Assembly: GCA_965223705.1 (NCBI GenBank)
Contig: OZ245015.1
Location: 192,001 to 256,000 of the forward strand
Source of the DNA: Myxococcota bacterium
GTDB lineage: Bacteria > Myxococcota_A > UBA9160 > UBA6930
Reading direction: 5' to 3'
DNA: 64,000 nt
The notes under the pieces were generated by a model, which saw only the letters and a program-made list of their open reading frames with translations, had not been told where the DNA came from and made no database searches. Positions 14,133 to 26,903 of this stretch are shown here, in pieces. The first letter of the stretch is position 1. Every line of letters starts with the position of its first letter. The translations under genes and the position numbers were made by a program.

Positions 14133-14429
14133 GGCGGGTTCCCTATCTCAGATTTTCTCTTTGGTATTTAAAGACTGTGATGGCAGAGAGAGAAAGGGAG
14201 GCAGGACGGTCAGAACGCATGTAGGGGACGGAAATACCTCGGGAACTTACTCTGTCGGGAAGCGCCGACAAACGTCCGGAAGCGCACTCACGCAAGCCTC
14301 TCACCAACGGGCCCAGTTTACCACGGAAGGACCTTTAGCGGGCCAGGCACTTGCCCCTTCGAGCGTTCGTCGCTTGACATCAGGGAAGAGGCACGGTTAC
14401 GCTCGGCCGCTCCTTTCTGGAGCGCCTCG
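14133..14429. other. Candidate origin-proximal intergenic region (no dnaA)
   Basis: Divergent dnaN/rpmH junction where gene orientation flips; AT-rich patch 14145-14175; parS sites 3.5 kb away; no perfect DnaA box seen. Confidence 0.4.
14374..14403 (+). promoter_or_regulatory. sigma70-type promoter for rpmH
   Basis: TTGACA-N18-TACGCT. Confidence 0.55.
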
Positions 14430-14579
14430 ATGAAACGCACTTATCAGCCGAGCCGCATCAAGCGTCGCCGACGTCACGGCTTTCGCGCCCGCATGAAGAC
14501 AAAGGCGGGGCGGAACATCTTGAAGCGCCGTCGTGCGAAGGGTCGCAAGCGGCTCGCCGCGACGACACCCTCGAAGTAG
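14430..14579 (+). CDS. rpmH: 50S ribosomal protein L34 (not in ORF track)
   Basis: Translated by hand: [49 protein letters not shown]. Confidence 0.98.
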   Translation: MKRTYQPSRIKRRRRHGFRARMKTKAGRNILKRRRAKGRKRLAATTPSK

Positions 14580-14600
14580 AGCGGTCCGTCGGGTGGCGGT

Positions 14601-14939
14601 ATGAGCCACTCAGGGCGAGAGCGCCGACTCCGCCAGCGCCGCGACTTCCTGCGACTCCAAAGGAGCGGTTGTCGCTCGGAGACGCGCCATTTCATCGTCC
14701 TCGACGCGGAGCGGTTTCCCGCGGCAGTCGGTGAAGCAGCACCTCGGCTCGGCGTGACCGTGAGTAAAAGGGTTGGCAACGCAGTCATGAGAAACCGCGT
14801 GAAACGCAAGCTGCGAGCGTGGTTCCACGCAACCGAGGAAGCGCTTCCCGCGCGCGACTACGTGATCATCGCCCGTCGTGGCGCGCCTCGTTTGTCACTT
14901 GCGGCGATCGACCAAGAGCTCCGTCAGGTACTGCGATGA
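14601..14939 (+). CDS. rnpA: RNase P protein component
   Basis: [21 protein letters not shown] motif; follows rpmH. Confidence 0.95.
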   Translation: MSHSGRERRLRQRRDFLRLQRSGCRSETRHFIVLDAERFPAAVGEAAPRLGVTVSKRVGNAVMRNRVKRKLRAWFHATEEALPARDYVIIARRGAPRLSLAAIDQELRQVLR

Positions 14940-15193
14940 CGCGCGTCGAAACAGCTCTCGTCGGTCTGACGCACCTTGCGATCCGCGCGTACCAGCTCCT
15001 CATCTCACCACTTCTGGGCTCGTTGTGTCGCTTTGAGCCTTCTTGTTCACGCTACGCAGACGAAGCGTTGCGCCGCCACGGTTTGCTTCGCGGGGGAACG
15101 CTCGCTGTGCGACGCATACTTCGCTGTCATCCGTTCCGACCGGGTGGATATGACCCCGTTCCCGAAAACGTGACGCCTCGAAAGGCGGCTTGA
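14936..15193 (+). CDS. yidD: Membrane protein insertion efficiency factor
   Basis: [36 protein letters not shown] overlap with rnpA. Confidence 0.95.
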   Translation: MTRVETALVGLTHLAIRAYQLLISPLLGSLCRFEPSCSRYADEALRRHGLLRGGTLAVRRILRCHPFRPGGYDPVPENVTPRKAA

Positions 15194-15196
15194 GCC

Positions 15197-16879
15197 ATGG
15201 ATCGCAACCTGTTCCTAGCGCTTGGTCTGTCGTTCCTCGTCGTCGTTTTCTGGGCGTATGCGACGGCACCACCGCCCGGGGAGAACTCGGAAGCGCCCGC
15301 GGAAGCCCCTGCGCCGCCGCAGCCCGCGGACGCATTTGCATCGCTCGACGACGTACCCGGAACGAACCCGACAACCGACGGCATCGAGGCCACTCCGATC
15401 CCAGAGCCGAGCGAGCCCGAACCGGAGCGGGAACGTGCTCCGGAGAAACGCGCGGAACTCGAAACGCCGCTCTACCGATCGCTCTGGACGACTCGCGGCG
15501 GTGGACTTCTCGCGTGGGACCTCGCGAAGTACCGAACCGAACGCGCCGAGGCCGCGCCGCCGGTTCCCCTGGTGACGACACATATTGGTGTACCGCTGGC
15601 CCTCGCGACGCCGCTTGAAGGTCTGGGCTTCGGCGATCTGTCCGGAGAGACGTACGAGTTGCTTCAGCCTGACGCGAAAACGCTGCGGTTCGTGCTCGAG
15701 AAGAGCGGGGTCACGGTCGCGAAAGAGTTTACGTTCGACGACGAGTCGTACACGCTCGGCATGCGCTTCGAGATCGAGAACGGCGGCGACCGTCACATCC
15801 GGCCGACTTTTCGGATTCGCTGGCCGGTCCAGCAGCTGGATCTTCCGGATTATGCAGAACTATCGCTCGCTACCTGGCAGGACGGCTCGCTACACACGGG
15901 AAACCTGGGTACTGGCGGCGGATTCCTCGGCTTCGGTGGTCCGCTGAAGGAAGCGGAAGAGTATGTCGGCGACACACACTGGGTCGGCTCCCAACTCCGC
16001 TACTTCGTCGCAGCGCTCATCCCGACGCAGCCACGGGATGCTTCGTCGCGTTTTCAGCCGCTCGCGCAAGGTGCGCTCGGTGTGTCTGAATTGGCGTTTC
16101 GGCCCGTCGAGATCCCTCCCGGTCAGAAAGCGACGCGCGAGCTCCGCATCTACATCGGTCCGAAGGAGTCCGAGCGGCTCGACAAGATGGGTGCCCACCT
16201 CGACGATGCGATTCCAAAGGGCTGGTTCGCTCCGCTGACGAACTTTTTCATCTGGTTGCTCGCGGCGATCCATCAGTTCCTGCCGAATTACGGCGTTGCC
16301 ATCATCGCGATAACCGTCCTCGTTCGCGTCCTGATGGTCCCTATCCTCGCTAAGCAAATGAAGTCGATGAAGCGGATGGGCGAGCTCCAGCCGCGGATGA
16401 AAGAGATCCAAGAGAAATACGGGGACGACCGTCAGAAGCAGTCCGAAGAGATGATGAAGCTGTACAAGGAAACCGGCTTCAATCCGCTCGCGGGTTGTTT
16501 CCCGATGCTCTTGCAGCTCCCGGTGTTCATCGGGCTCTACTACGCGCTACAAGGAGCGATCGAGCTGCGACACGCGCCGTTCGTCGGCTGGATCACGGAC
16601 CTTTCCGCACCCGAGACGCTCTTCACCATCGCGGGTCTCGATCTCCCGATTCGGGTACTGCCCTTGTTGATGGGCGGCAGCATGATTCTGCAACAGAGCC
16701 TGACGCCCATGACGACGATGGATCCGGCACAGGCGAAGATGATGAAGTGGATGTTGCCCTCGGTCTTCACCATCATGTTTTATCAATTCGCCTCCGGCCT
16801 GGTCCTCTACTGGCTGGTCAGTAACGTCCTCGGTATCGCCCAGCAGTGGTATACCAACCGCCAGAAGACGGCCGGGTGA
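15197..16879 (+). CDS. yidC: Membrane protein insertase YidC
   Basis: NYGVAII, GCFPMLLQLP, WITDLSAP, GLVLYW. Confidence 0.97.
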   Translation: MDRNLFLALGLSFLVVVFWAYATAPPPGENSEAPAEAPAPPQPADAFASLDDVPGTNPTTDGIEATPIPEPSEPEPERERAPEKRAELETPLYRSLWTTRGGGLLAWDLAKYRTERAEAAPPVPLVTTHIGVPLALATPLEGLGFGDLSGETYELLQPDAKTLRFVLEKSGVTVAKEFTFDDESYTLGMRFEIENGGDRHIRPTFRIRWPVQQLDLPDYAELSLATWQDGSLHTGNLGTGGGFLGFGGPLKEAEEYVGDTHWVGSQLRYFVAALIPTQPRDASSRFQPLAQGALGVSELAFRPVEIPPGQKATRELRIYIGPKESERLDKMGAHLDDAIPKGWFAPLTNFFIWLLAAIHQFLPNYGVAIIAITVLVRVLMVPILAKQMKSMKRMGELQPRMKEIQEKYGDDRQKQSEEMMKLYKETGFNPLAGCFPMLLQLPVFIGLYYALQGAIELRHAPFVGWITDLSAPETLFTIAGLDLPIRVLPLLMGGSMILQQSLTPMTTMDPAQAKMMKWMLPSVFTIMFYQFASGLVLYWLVSNVLGIAQQWYTNRQKTAG

Positions 16880-16900
16880 TACGGGCCGAAGGAGTTCCGC

Positions 16901-17773
16901 GTGTACGATCCGAAATCCGAATCGAAAGAATTTGTTGCTACGAGTCACGACGAAGCCGTGGAGAAGGCGGTCGCCTTTTTCGGGGTCGCGAGCGCCGACG
17001 ACCTGTCGCTGTCGACGCCTTCGGATGTCTCGGGGTTGGCGGGTCGGTCGGTTCTCGTAGCTCGCTCGAAGAGCGCGCCGGCAGCGGCGCCCGATCGAGG
17101 CGGTGAGCGGGAGCGCAGCACAGGTCGAGGCGGGCGAGACAGCGAGCGCGTCGAGTCGCGCGGGCGGACGCGCCGGGACCGCGGCGGCCGACGAGAGCGC
17201 AGCGAGCCCCGCGAAGAGCGCGTCGAAGCCGAAGCACCGGCGCCCTCCGCGCCCTCCGTGGGCACAGCCAAGGGTGAGCTGGACGAGGTCGGTGATTTCC
17301 TTCTCGGTACGGTCGAGCGCATGGACGTCGGCCCGTTCGAAATCGAGCAATCCGAAGAATCGGAGTACGTGATTTTCCAGCTCACCGGTGAAGCGGCAGA
17401 TCGCTTGTCCTCGGGCGACGGTCGTACCACGGATGCGCTGCAACTTCTCGTGAATCAGGCGGCCCACCGCATCCACGAGGACCCGAAGCGGGTTGTCATC
17501 GATACCGGAGGCGATTCGGACAGTCGCGAGGCCCTGCTCTCGCGGGTCGCGGGCAAGGCGGCGAAGCGAGCTCGCGATACAGGTCGATCGGTGGCTTTGG
17601 AGGCGATGAGTCCCAGCGATCGGCGGCTTGTACACGTCGCGCTGCGCGACGAGCGCGGGATCGCGACGATGAGCGTCGGAGAGGGTCGCTATCGTCAGGT
17701 GCTCGTCGTTCCCGAAGGCGCCGCTGAGTTCGATGAGGCCTCAAGCTACGGCGTGGGCAACGAAGCCGAGTAG
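16901..17773 (+). CDS. jag: Jag/KhpB (EloR) RNA-binding protein
   Basis: Jag N domain, DALQ KH-like segment, R3H motif RRLVH; follows yidC. Confidence 0.88.
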   Translation: MYDPKSESKEFVATSHDEAVEKAVAFFGVASADDLSLSTPSDVSGLAGRSVLVARSKSAPAAAPDRGGERERSTGRGGRDSERVESRGRTRRDRGGRRERSEPREERVEAEAPAPSAPSVGTAKGELDEVGDFLLGTVERMDVGPFEIEQSEESEYVIFQLTGEAADRLSSGDGRTTDALQLLVNQAAHRIHEDPKRVVIDTGGDSDSREALLSRVAGKAAKRARDTGRSVALEAMSPSDRRLVHVALRDERGIATMSVGEGRYRQVLVVPEGAAEFDEASSYGVGNEAE

Positions 17774-17789
17774 TACCCCGCCGGCCACG

Positions 17790-17805
17790 CGTTGCACGTG
17801 GAACG
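17790..17805. promoter_or_regulatory. parS: parS site 1
   Basis: CGTTGCACGTGGAACG, one mismatch from the palindrome CGTTCCACGTGGAACG. Confidence 0.85.
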
Positions 17806-17825
17806 GCGTTCACAAAAAATTGTCG

Positions 17826-17841
17826 CGTTGCACGTGGAACG
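17826..17841. promoter_or_regulatory. parS: parS site 2
   Basis: Identical 16-mer, within a 28 bp direct repeat (17788-17815 and 17824-17851). Confidence 0.85.
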
Positions 17842-17859
17842 GCGTTCACAATCGCGTCG

Positions 17860-18507
17860 GTGAGCTCTGATCCGGACGATCAAAAACACGTACTCCAAGC
17901 TCTTCGGGACGGGATGGCCCACCTCCAGCGCCACCACCCGGGCTTCCAGCCCACACCCGACTTCGAAGAGCGCGTTCTGGCCCTCGCCTCGCTGACCGCC
18001 CGCTGGGCCAAGCGGATGAATCTGACCGGACACCGCGACGGGCCGAGCGTCATGCGGCACCTCATCCTCGACGCAACGGCCCTCGCGCTCGAACTGCCCT
18101 CGTGGAGGTCACTCGTCGATATCGGCTCGGGCGCAGGCTTCCCGGGCCTACCCGTCGCTTGCTTGTACCCCGACCGCAAGATCACCCTCGTCGAACCGCG
18201 AGAACGAAGACATCATTTTCAGAAAGAGGCTCGCCGGAGTCTCGGATTAAGCCAGGTCCGTACGCTGCGCGGGCGCGCGGAGGAACTGCCCCCTGAACCG
18301 CATGACATCGCGCTCTGCCAGGCGGTCGCGACCCCCGCACAGGCAGAAGCGCTCCTGCGGCCGTGGGTGAAGGACACGGGCTGGATCGCACTTCCCCTCT
18401 CCCGCGAGCAAGCCGCGTCGATCTGTCCGCGGCCTGATGCCGAAGATCGAACCTACGTGGCCCCAGATGGTCGCGAGCGCGGCCTTCGGCTCCTCTCGAT
18501 GAATTGA
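17860..18507 (+). CDS. rsmG: 16S rRNA m7G527 methyltransferase
   Basis: MNLTG, VDIGSGAGFPGLP, GRAEE; upstream of parA. Confidence 0.93.
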   Translation: MSSDPDDQKHVLQALRDGMAHLQRHHPGFQPTPDFEERVLALASLTARWAKRMNLTGHRDGPSVMRHLILDATALALELPSWRSLVDIGSGAGFPGLPVACLYPDRKITLVEPRERRHHFQKEARRSLGLSQVRTLRGRAEELPPEPHDIALCQAVATPAQAEALLRPWVKDTGWIALPLSREQAASICPRPDAEDRTYVAPDGRERGLRLLSMN

Positions 18508-18598
18508 GCTGCCCAGATTCGCCGCCTGTGGTAGAACAACTCAAGGATGCAACGGGGCGGTGCATCCTACTGTTCAATCAGTGAGAAAGACCCTCCTC

Positions 18599-19495
18599 AT
18601 GAATCCGGTGACCCCTGGCCGAAGTCGCCTACATTTCCCCACGGGTAATAGCCCCACGGGGCATGTCATCGCTGTGGTCAATCAAAAAGGCGGTGTGGGG
18701 AAAACGACCACAGCCGTCAATCTCGCCGCCTCGCTCGCCGCTTCGGAGCACTCCACCCTTCTGATCGATCTCGACCCCCAGGGGAATGCGAGCAGTGCTT
18801 TCGGATGCTTCGAGCCTTCCCGCCAGATTTATGACGCGCTCCTCGGAGGTGCGTCATTGGCCAGCGTCGCTCAGCCCACGGAGCTGTCTCACCTCCACCT
18901 CGCGCCGGCCGCTGCCGATCTCGTCGGAGCCGAGGTCGAATTAGTCGGGCTCGAGTCCCGGGAAACGCGACTCCGTGATGCCCTCGAGCCCGTGCGCCAC
19001 CGCTATGACTTCATCTTGATCGACTGCCCGCCCTCGCTGGGCTTTCTGACACTGAACGCACTGGCTGCCGCCGATTCGGTGTTGATCCCGCTTCAGTGCG
19101 AGTACTACGCGCTCGAGGGCCTCGCGCGGTTGCTCGACACCGTGTCACGGGTGAAGCCGCTCAACCCCGAGCTCGAAGTCGGCGGCATCGTCTTTACGAT
19201 GTTCGATCCCCGGGCGAATCTGAGCCACCAGGTCGCCGAGGAAGCGAGGGAGCACTTCGGAGATCGGGTGTTCGAAACGACGATCCCTCGCAATGTCCGT
19301 CTCAGTGAAGCGCCGAGCCACGGCAAACCCGTCTTGCTCTACGATATCCGTTCCCGCGGTGCCCAGGCCTATCTCGCACTCGCGAAGGAACTCCTCTCGC
19401 GGGATCAGCGGCGCCCGCTTTCACCGCGCCCGCCGCCAGCACTCGCGGGAGCGAACGCTCCCACCGTCGGAGGCAACCATGGCCCAGCGACGTAG
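18599..19495 (+). CDS. parA: Chromosome partition ATPase ParA/Soj (start uncertain)
   Basis: NQKGGVGKTT, DLDPQGNA, IDCPPSLG, QCEYYALEG, PRNVRLSEAPSHG. Confidence 0.96.
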   Translation: MNPVTPGRSRLHFPTGNSPTGHVIAVVNQKGGVGKTTTAVNLAASLAASEHSTLLIDLDPQGNASSAFGCFEPSRQIYDALLGGASLASVAQPTELSHLHLAPAAADLVGAEVELVGLESRETRLRDALEPVRHRYDFILIDCPPSLGFLTLNALAAADSVLIPLQCEYYALEGLARLLDTVSRVKPLNPELEVGGIVFTMFDPRANLSHQVAEEAREHFGDRVFETTIPRNVRLSEAPSHGKPVLLYDIRSRGAQAYLALAKELLSRDQRRPLSPRPPPALAGANAPTVGGNHGPAT

Positions 19496-20378
19496 CGCCC
19501 TCGGTCGAGGGCTCGGCGCGCTCTTGCCCGAAGCGCCGCGCGAAGCCGCGCCCGATCCGGTGCAGGCCGCTGGCTCGCCCGACGGGTCGTCGCTCGAACT
19601 CGAGGTTGGGCGCATTCGCCCGAACCCCGATCAACCGCGTCGACAGTTCTCGGAGGAAGAGCTCGCGCACCTCGCAGATTCCCTCGAGCGCTACGGCGTG
19701 CTGCAACCGATCGTCGTTCGCGCCGTCCGCGACGACCCGAGCGCAGACTACGAGCTCGTCGTCGGCGAACGTCGGTGGCGGGCCGCACGGGTCGCTGGCC
19801 TCGAGCGGATCCCTGCGACGATCGCGGACATCGCTCCCCGGGATCTGCTCGAAGTCGCCCTCGTCGAGAACATCCAGCGCGAAGATTTGAACCCCATCGA
19901 GCTGGCCCTCGCGTTCCGGGCTCTCTCGGAATCCGGGGCGACGCAACAGGAGATCGGCGAGCGCGTGGGCCTCGACCGGTCCAGCGTCGCGAACCACATC
20001 CGGCTCCTGGACCTGCCCCGCGAGCTTCAGCAGGACGTGGAGGACGACGTGATCACCATGGGTCACGCCAAGGCGCTGCTTCAGCTCGGCAATCCGGAAC
20101 GCCGCCGCCAGCTGCGCGATCGGATCGTCGCCGAGGGCCTCTCGGTGCGAGCGGCCGAAGCCTACGCGCGGCAACTGTCGGGGACACCCGCCGCCAAAAA
20201 GGCGCGCCGCCCGGAGGTCGTCGACCCGAACGTGGCGCAGCTCCTCGACCTCCTTCGGGACCGGCTCCAGACCAAGGTTCGGATCTCCGGCACCGGGGCG
20301 CGGGGCAAACTCGAAATCGAGTTCTACGGGCCGGCGGAGTTGGATCGTATCTCGGAAGCGATCCTGGAGCGTGCCTGA
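19479..20378 (+). CDS. parB: Chromosome partition protein ParB
   Basis: LGRGLGAL, PNPDQPR, GERRWRA, ENIQREDL; GGAGG before ATG 19479. Confidence 0.96.
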   Translation: MAQRRSALGRGLGALLPEAPREAAPDPVQAAGSPDGSSLELEVGRIRPNPDQPRRQFSEEELAHLADSLERYGVLQPIVVRAVRDDPSADYELVVGERRWRAARVAGLERIPATIADIAPRDLLEVALVENIQREDLNPIELALAFRALSESGATQQEIGERVGLDRSSVANHIRLLDLPRELQQDVEDDVITMGHAKALLQLGNPERRRQLRDRIVAEGLSVRAAEAYARQLSGTPAAKKARRPEVVDPNVAQLLDLLRDRLQTKVRISGTGARGKLEIEFYGPAELDRISEAILERA

Positions 20379-20758
20379 TGGCAGCCGAAACCCCCCGGAC
20401 CCCCGAACTCCAAAGCGATGACGTGATCCTAGCGAGCGACACGCGGGCGCCGTTGATGGCGGTTCCCCAGGGTGCGCGCTTCTCGGGCACGGTGGCCTTC
20501 GCGGGCGCCGCGCGTATCGAAGGCACGCTCGACGGGAACGTCTGGGCGAGCGGCAGCCTGGAGGTTTCCACGGAGGCTCGGATCCGAGGATCGATCGAAG
20601 TCGACGAGTGCATCGTCGCGGGGTCGGTCGAGGGGGATGTCACCGCGCGCCAGCGCTTGACGTTGCGCGCCGGCGCGCGAGTCGAGGGCCGCGTCACGAC
20701 GGCGAAACTCAGTGTCGAAGACGGCGCGGTCCTGGCCGGCCCGTGCACCATCGTGTGA
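20378..20758 (+). CDS. Bactofilin (polymer-forming cytoskeletal protein)
   Basis: Beta-helix repeats RIEGTLDG, AGSVEGDV, VEDGAVLAG; TGATG-coupled to parB. Confidence 0.88.
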   Translation: MAAETPRTPELQSDDVILASDTRAPLMAVPQGARFSGTVAFAGAARIEGTLDGNVWASGSLEVSTEARIRGSIEVDECIVAGSVEGDVTARQRLTLRAGARVEGRVTTAKLSVEDGAVLAGPCTIV

Positions 20759-20954
20759 CGCACGTTTCCGCCGAAACGCGAGCGATTTCGGGTGGAAACG
20801 CATCTTGAAGTTGACCGGGGTTGTGTCAGAATCCCGCCGCTCCACGCCGTGTAAACCGCCGCGACGGGGGTCCCACCAAGTCAGGACCCAGCCTCCGCGG
20901 TCGAGCTACACGGGTGTCGAGTCCACTTCGATCCCGGGAGACGAAAACCGACCC

Positions 20955-21497
20955 ATGTTCCGAGCGCAGGCCCCGGGCTTCGTTCCGCTCTCGCTTCGCC
21001 CCGTTCGCTGGCTCGCGCCAGCGGCCCTGTTCATTCCCGCGACGGCGCAAGCCGCCGGCGGTGCGCTCGAGATCTTTCCCGACAAAGGCATTTTCATTCA
21101 GGTCGCGTTGTTCGCACTCCTGATCGCGCCCATCAACAAGTTCCTTTTCCAGCCGGTGATGCGTGTGTTGGAAGAGCGGCGCGAACAAATCGAAGGCGCG
21201 CGAGCCCGCGCTGAAGCGATGCAGAAGGACGCGAACGCCGTACTGGCGAAGTACGAAACCGCCGTGCTCGGCGCCCGCGAAGAAGTGGAGAACGAGCGCA
21301 AGGCCCGCGTCGAATCGGCTCGCGACGAGCGTGCAAAGTTGACGACGCAGGCGCGCTCCGGCGCCGAAGCGCAGGTGACACAAGCGCGCAGCGACGTCGC
21401 GTCGGCCCTCGAGGACGCGCGGAACCAGCTTCGAACGGAAGCCACGGAGCTCGCTCGCGAAGCGGCTTCACGCGTCTTGGGACGGGAGCTCTCGTGA
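20955..21497 (+). CDS. atpF: ATP synthase Fo subunit b'
   Basis: TM helix, NKFLFQPV..VLEERR, long charged helix ending VLGREL. Confidence 0.88.
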   Translation: MFRAQAPGFVPLSLRPVRWLAPAALFIPATAQAAGGALEIFPDKGIFIQVALFALLIAPINKFLFQPVMRVLEERREQIEGARARAEAMQKDANAVLAKYETAVLGAREEVENERKARVESARDERAKLTTQARSGAEAQVTQARSDVASALEDARNQLRTEATELAREAASRVLGRELS

Positions 21498-22060
21498 GGC
21501 GCGTTGCGATTCTTGTCGTCGCGTGTCTCACCGCTGCACCGTCCTTCGCCGCCGGCGGTGAAGGCGAAGGTAGCCACGTCTTTTGGGAGGTCTTCAACCT
21601 CCTGCTGCTGATCGCGGTCCTCATCTTCGTCACGCGCAAGTCGGTGACGGCGTTTCTCAAGAACCGACGCGATCAAGTGGCGAACAATCTCCGCGAATCC
21701 GAAGAGCTGCTGACGGAATCGAAGGAGCGACTCGCGGAGCTCGAGCGCAAGAGCGGCAACCTCGACGAGCAGCTCGTGGAAATCCGGCGCGAGGCGACTG
21801 AACGCGCCGAGCGGGAAGCCGAAGCCATCATCGCCGACGCGAGGGAAACCGCCGCGCGCATCGAGCGCGACGCGACCGGCGCGGTCGAGCGCGAAGTGCT
21901 CCGCGCGAAGCAGCAACTGCGTGCCGAGGCGTCGGAGCTCGCGATCGAGCTCGCCGCCGAGCGGTTGAAGAGCGACGTCAGCGACGCCGATCGGACGCGC
22001 TTGGTCGACGAGTTCATCGCGCGTGTCTCGGACGGCGCGAGCGCCTCGGGGACAAGCTAG
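21494..22060 (+). CDS. atpF: ATP synthase Fo subunit b
   Basis: Signal-like N terminus, FNLLLL TM, FLKNRR, coiled coil. Confidence 0.9.
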   Translation: MRRVAILVVACLTAAPSFAAGGEGEGSHVFWEVFNLLLLIAVLIFVTRKSVTAFLKNRRDQVANNLRESEELLTESKERLAELERKSGNLDEQLVEIRREATERAEREAEAIIADARETAARIERDATGAVEREVLRAKQQLRAEASELAIELAAERLKSDVSDADRTRLVDEFIARVSDGASASGTS

Positions 22061-22602
22061 TGGCGCGAAACGCGGCGGCCGGTCGCTACGGAAAGGCGCT
22101 CTTCGAACTCGCGACGGAAGAAGGTCGCGCGACCGAAGTGCGCGAGGAGCTCGCCGGTCTCGCCGAGGCCCTCGAACAAAGCGACGAGTTGAGCAACGTG
22201 CTGTTGCAACCGCTGTATCCGGCGAACGAACGAAAATCTGTACTCGCCGCGGTGGCTGAGCAACTCGGAACGAGTCCGACGTTGCAGCGGTTCTACTCGT
22301 TCCTGATCGACCAGCGCCGCTTGGTCGACATCGAGGCGATCCGCGAGGCGTACGAGTCGTTGGCCGACGCCGCAACGGGTGTTGCTCGGGCCGAGATTCG
22401 AAGCGCGAGCCCTCTCGACACCGAACAACTCGAGCGCTTGACGCAGGCTTTGGCGGCGCGCGTCGGGCAAGACGTGAGCGTGACGGTTGAGGTCGATCCC
22501 GAACTTCTCGGCGGCGTCGTCGCCAAGGTGGGCGACCTCCTTCTCGACGGCAGTCTGCGCAGCCAACTCGATCAAATGCGCAGCGCCTTACTCGACGACT
22601 GA
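22060..22602 (+). CDS. atpH: ATP synthase F1 delta
   Basis: RYGKALF, VDPELLGGVVAKVGD..DGS. Confidence 0.95.
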   Translation: MARNAAAGRYGKALFELATEEGRATEVREELAGLAEALEQSDELSNVLLQPLYPANERKSVLAAVAEQLGTSPTLQRFYSFLIDQRRLVDIEAIREAYESLADAATGVARAEIRSASPLDTEQLERLTQALAARVGQDVSVTVEVDPELLGGVVAKVGDLLLDGSLRSQLDQMRSALLDD

Positions 22603-22643
22603 GTGAGGACTGAGCGGGCCGACGGCCCGGCACGGAGCAAGCG

Positions 22644-26502
<3,859 letters not shown>

Positions 26503-26504
26503 GC

Positions 26505-26903
26505 ATGCCCTTCTCCCTCTATATCGCGACGCCCATCGGCGAGGCGTACGACGCCCAAGTCGAATCGGTGGTGCTGCCTGGGGTCGAGGGCGACTTCGGC
26601 GTTCTCGAAGGGCACGAGGCGTTTATTTCCGCGCTTCGCGCCGGCAGCCTGACGGTTCACGAGCTGGGTGGCGGTCAGCGCGTGGCCGCCGTTCCCGGCG
26701 GGTTCGCGGAGATCGCGGAAAACACGGTGACCGTGACCGTCGGCCGCTGCGAATTCGCCGACGAAGCGGACCGCAACCCCGAGGAAATCGCGCGGGAGCG
26801 CGCGCAAGCGATGATCGAGGAAATGCGAGCAACGGATGAAGGCGAGGCGTTCTACCAGCAGTACCAGGACGCGTTTTCGGAGAGAATCGCCAGCGAGAAC
26901 TAG
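26505..26903 (+). CDS. atpC: ATP synthase F1 epsilon
   Basis: PGVEGDFGVLEGH, GGFAEI; last gene of F1 operon. Confidence 0.92.
   Translation: MPFSLYIATPIGEAYDAQVESVVLPGVEGDFGVLEGHEAFISALRAGSLTVHELGGGQRVAAVPGGFAEIAENTVTVTVGRCEFADEADRNPEEIARERAQAMIEEMRATDEGEAFYQQYQDAFSERIASEN

Noticed and set aside
17788..17851. 28 bp direct repeat as a CRISPR array
   Set aside because: Only two copies with an 8 bp spacer, no cas genes, and it matches parS
20952..20959. CCCATGTT at the atpF' start complements AACAUGGG in the RNA A loop
   Set aside because: An 8 nt match is expected by chance in a window this size; not evidence without conservation
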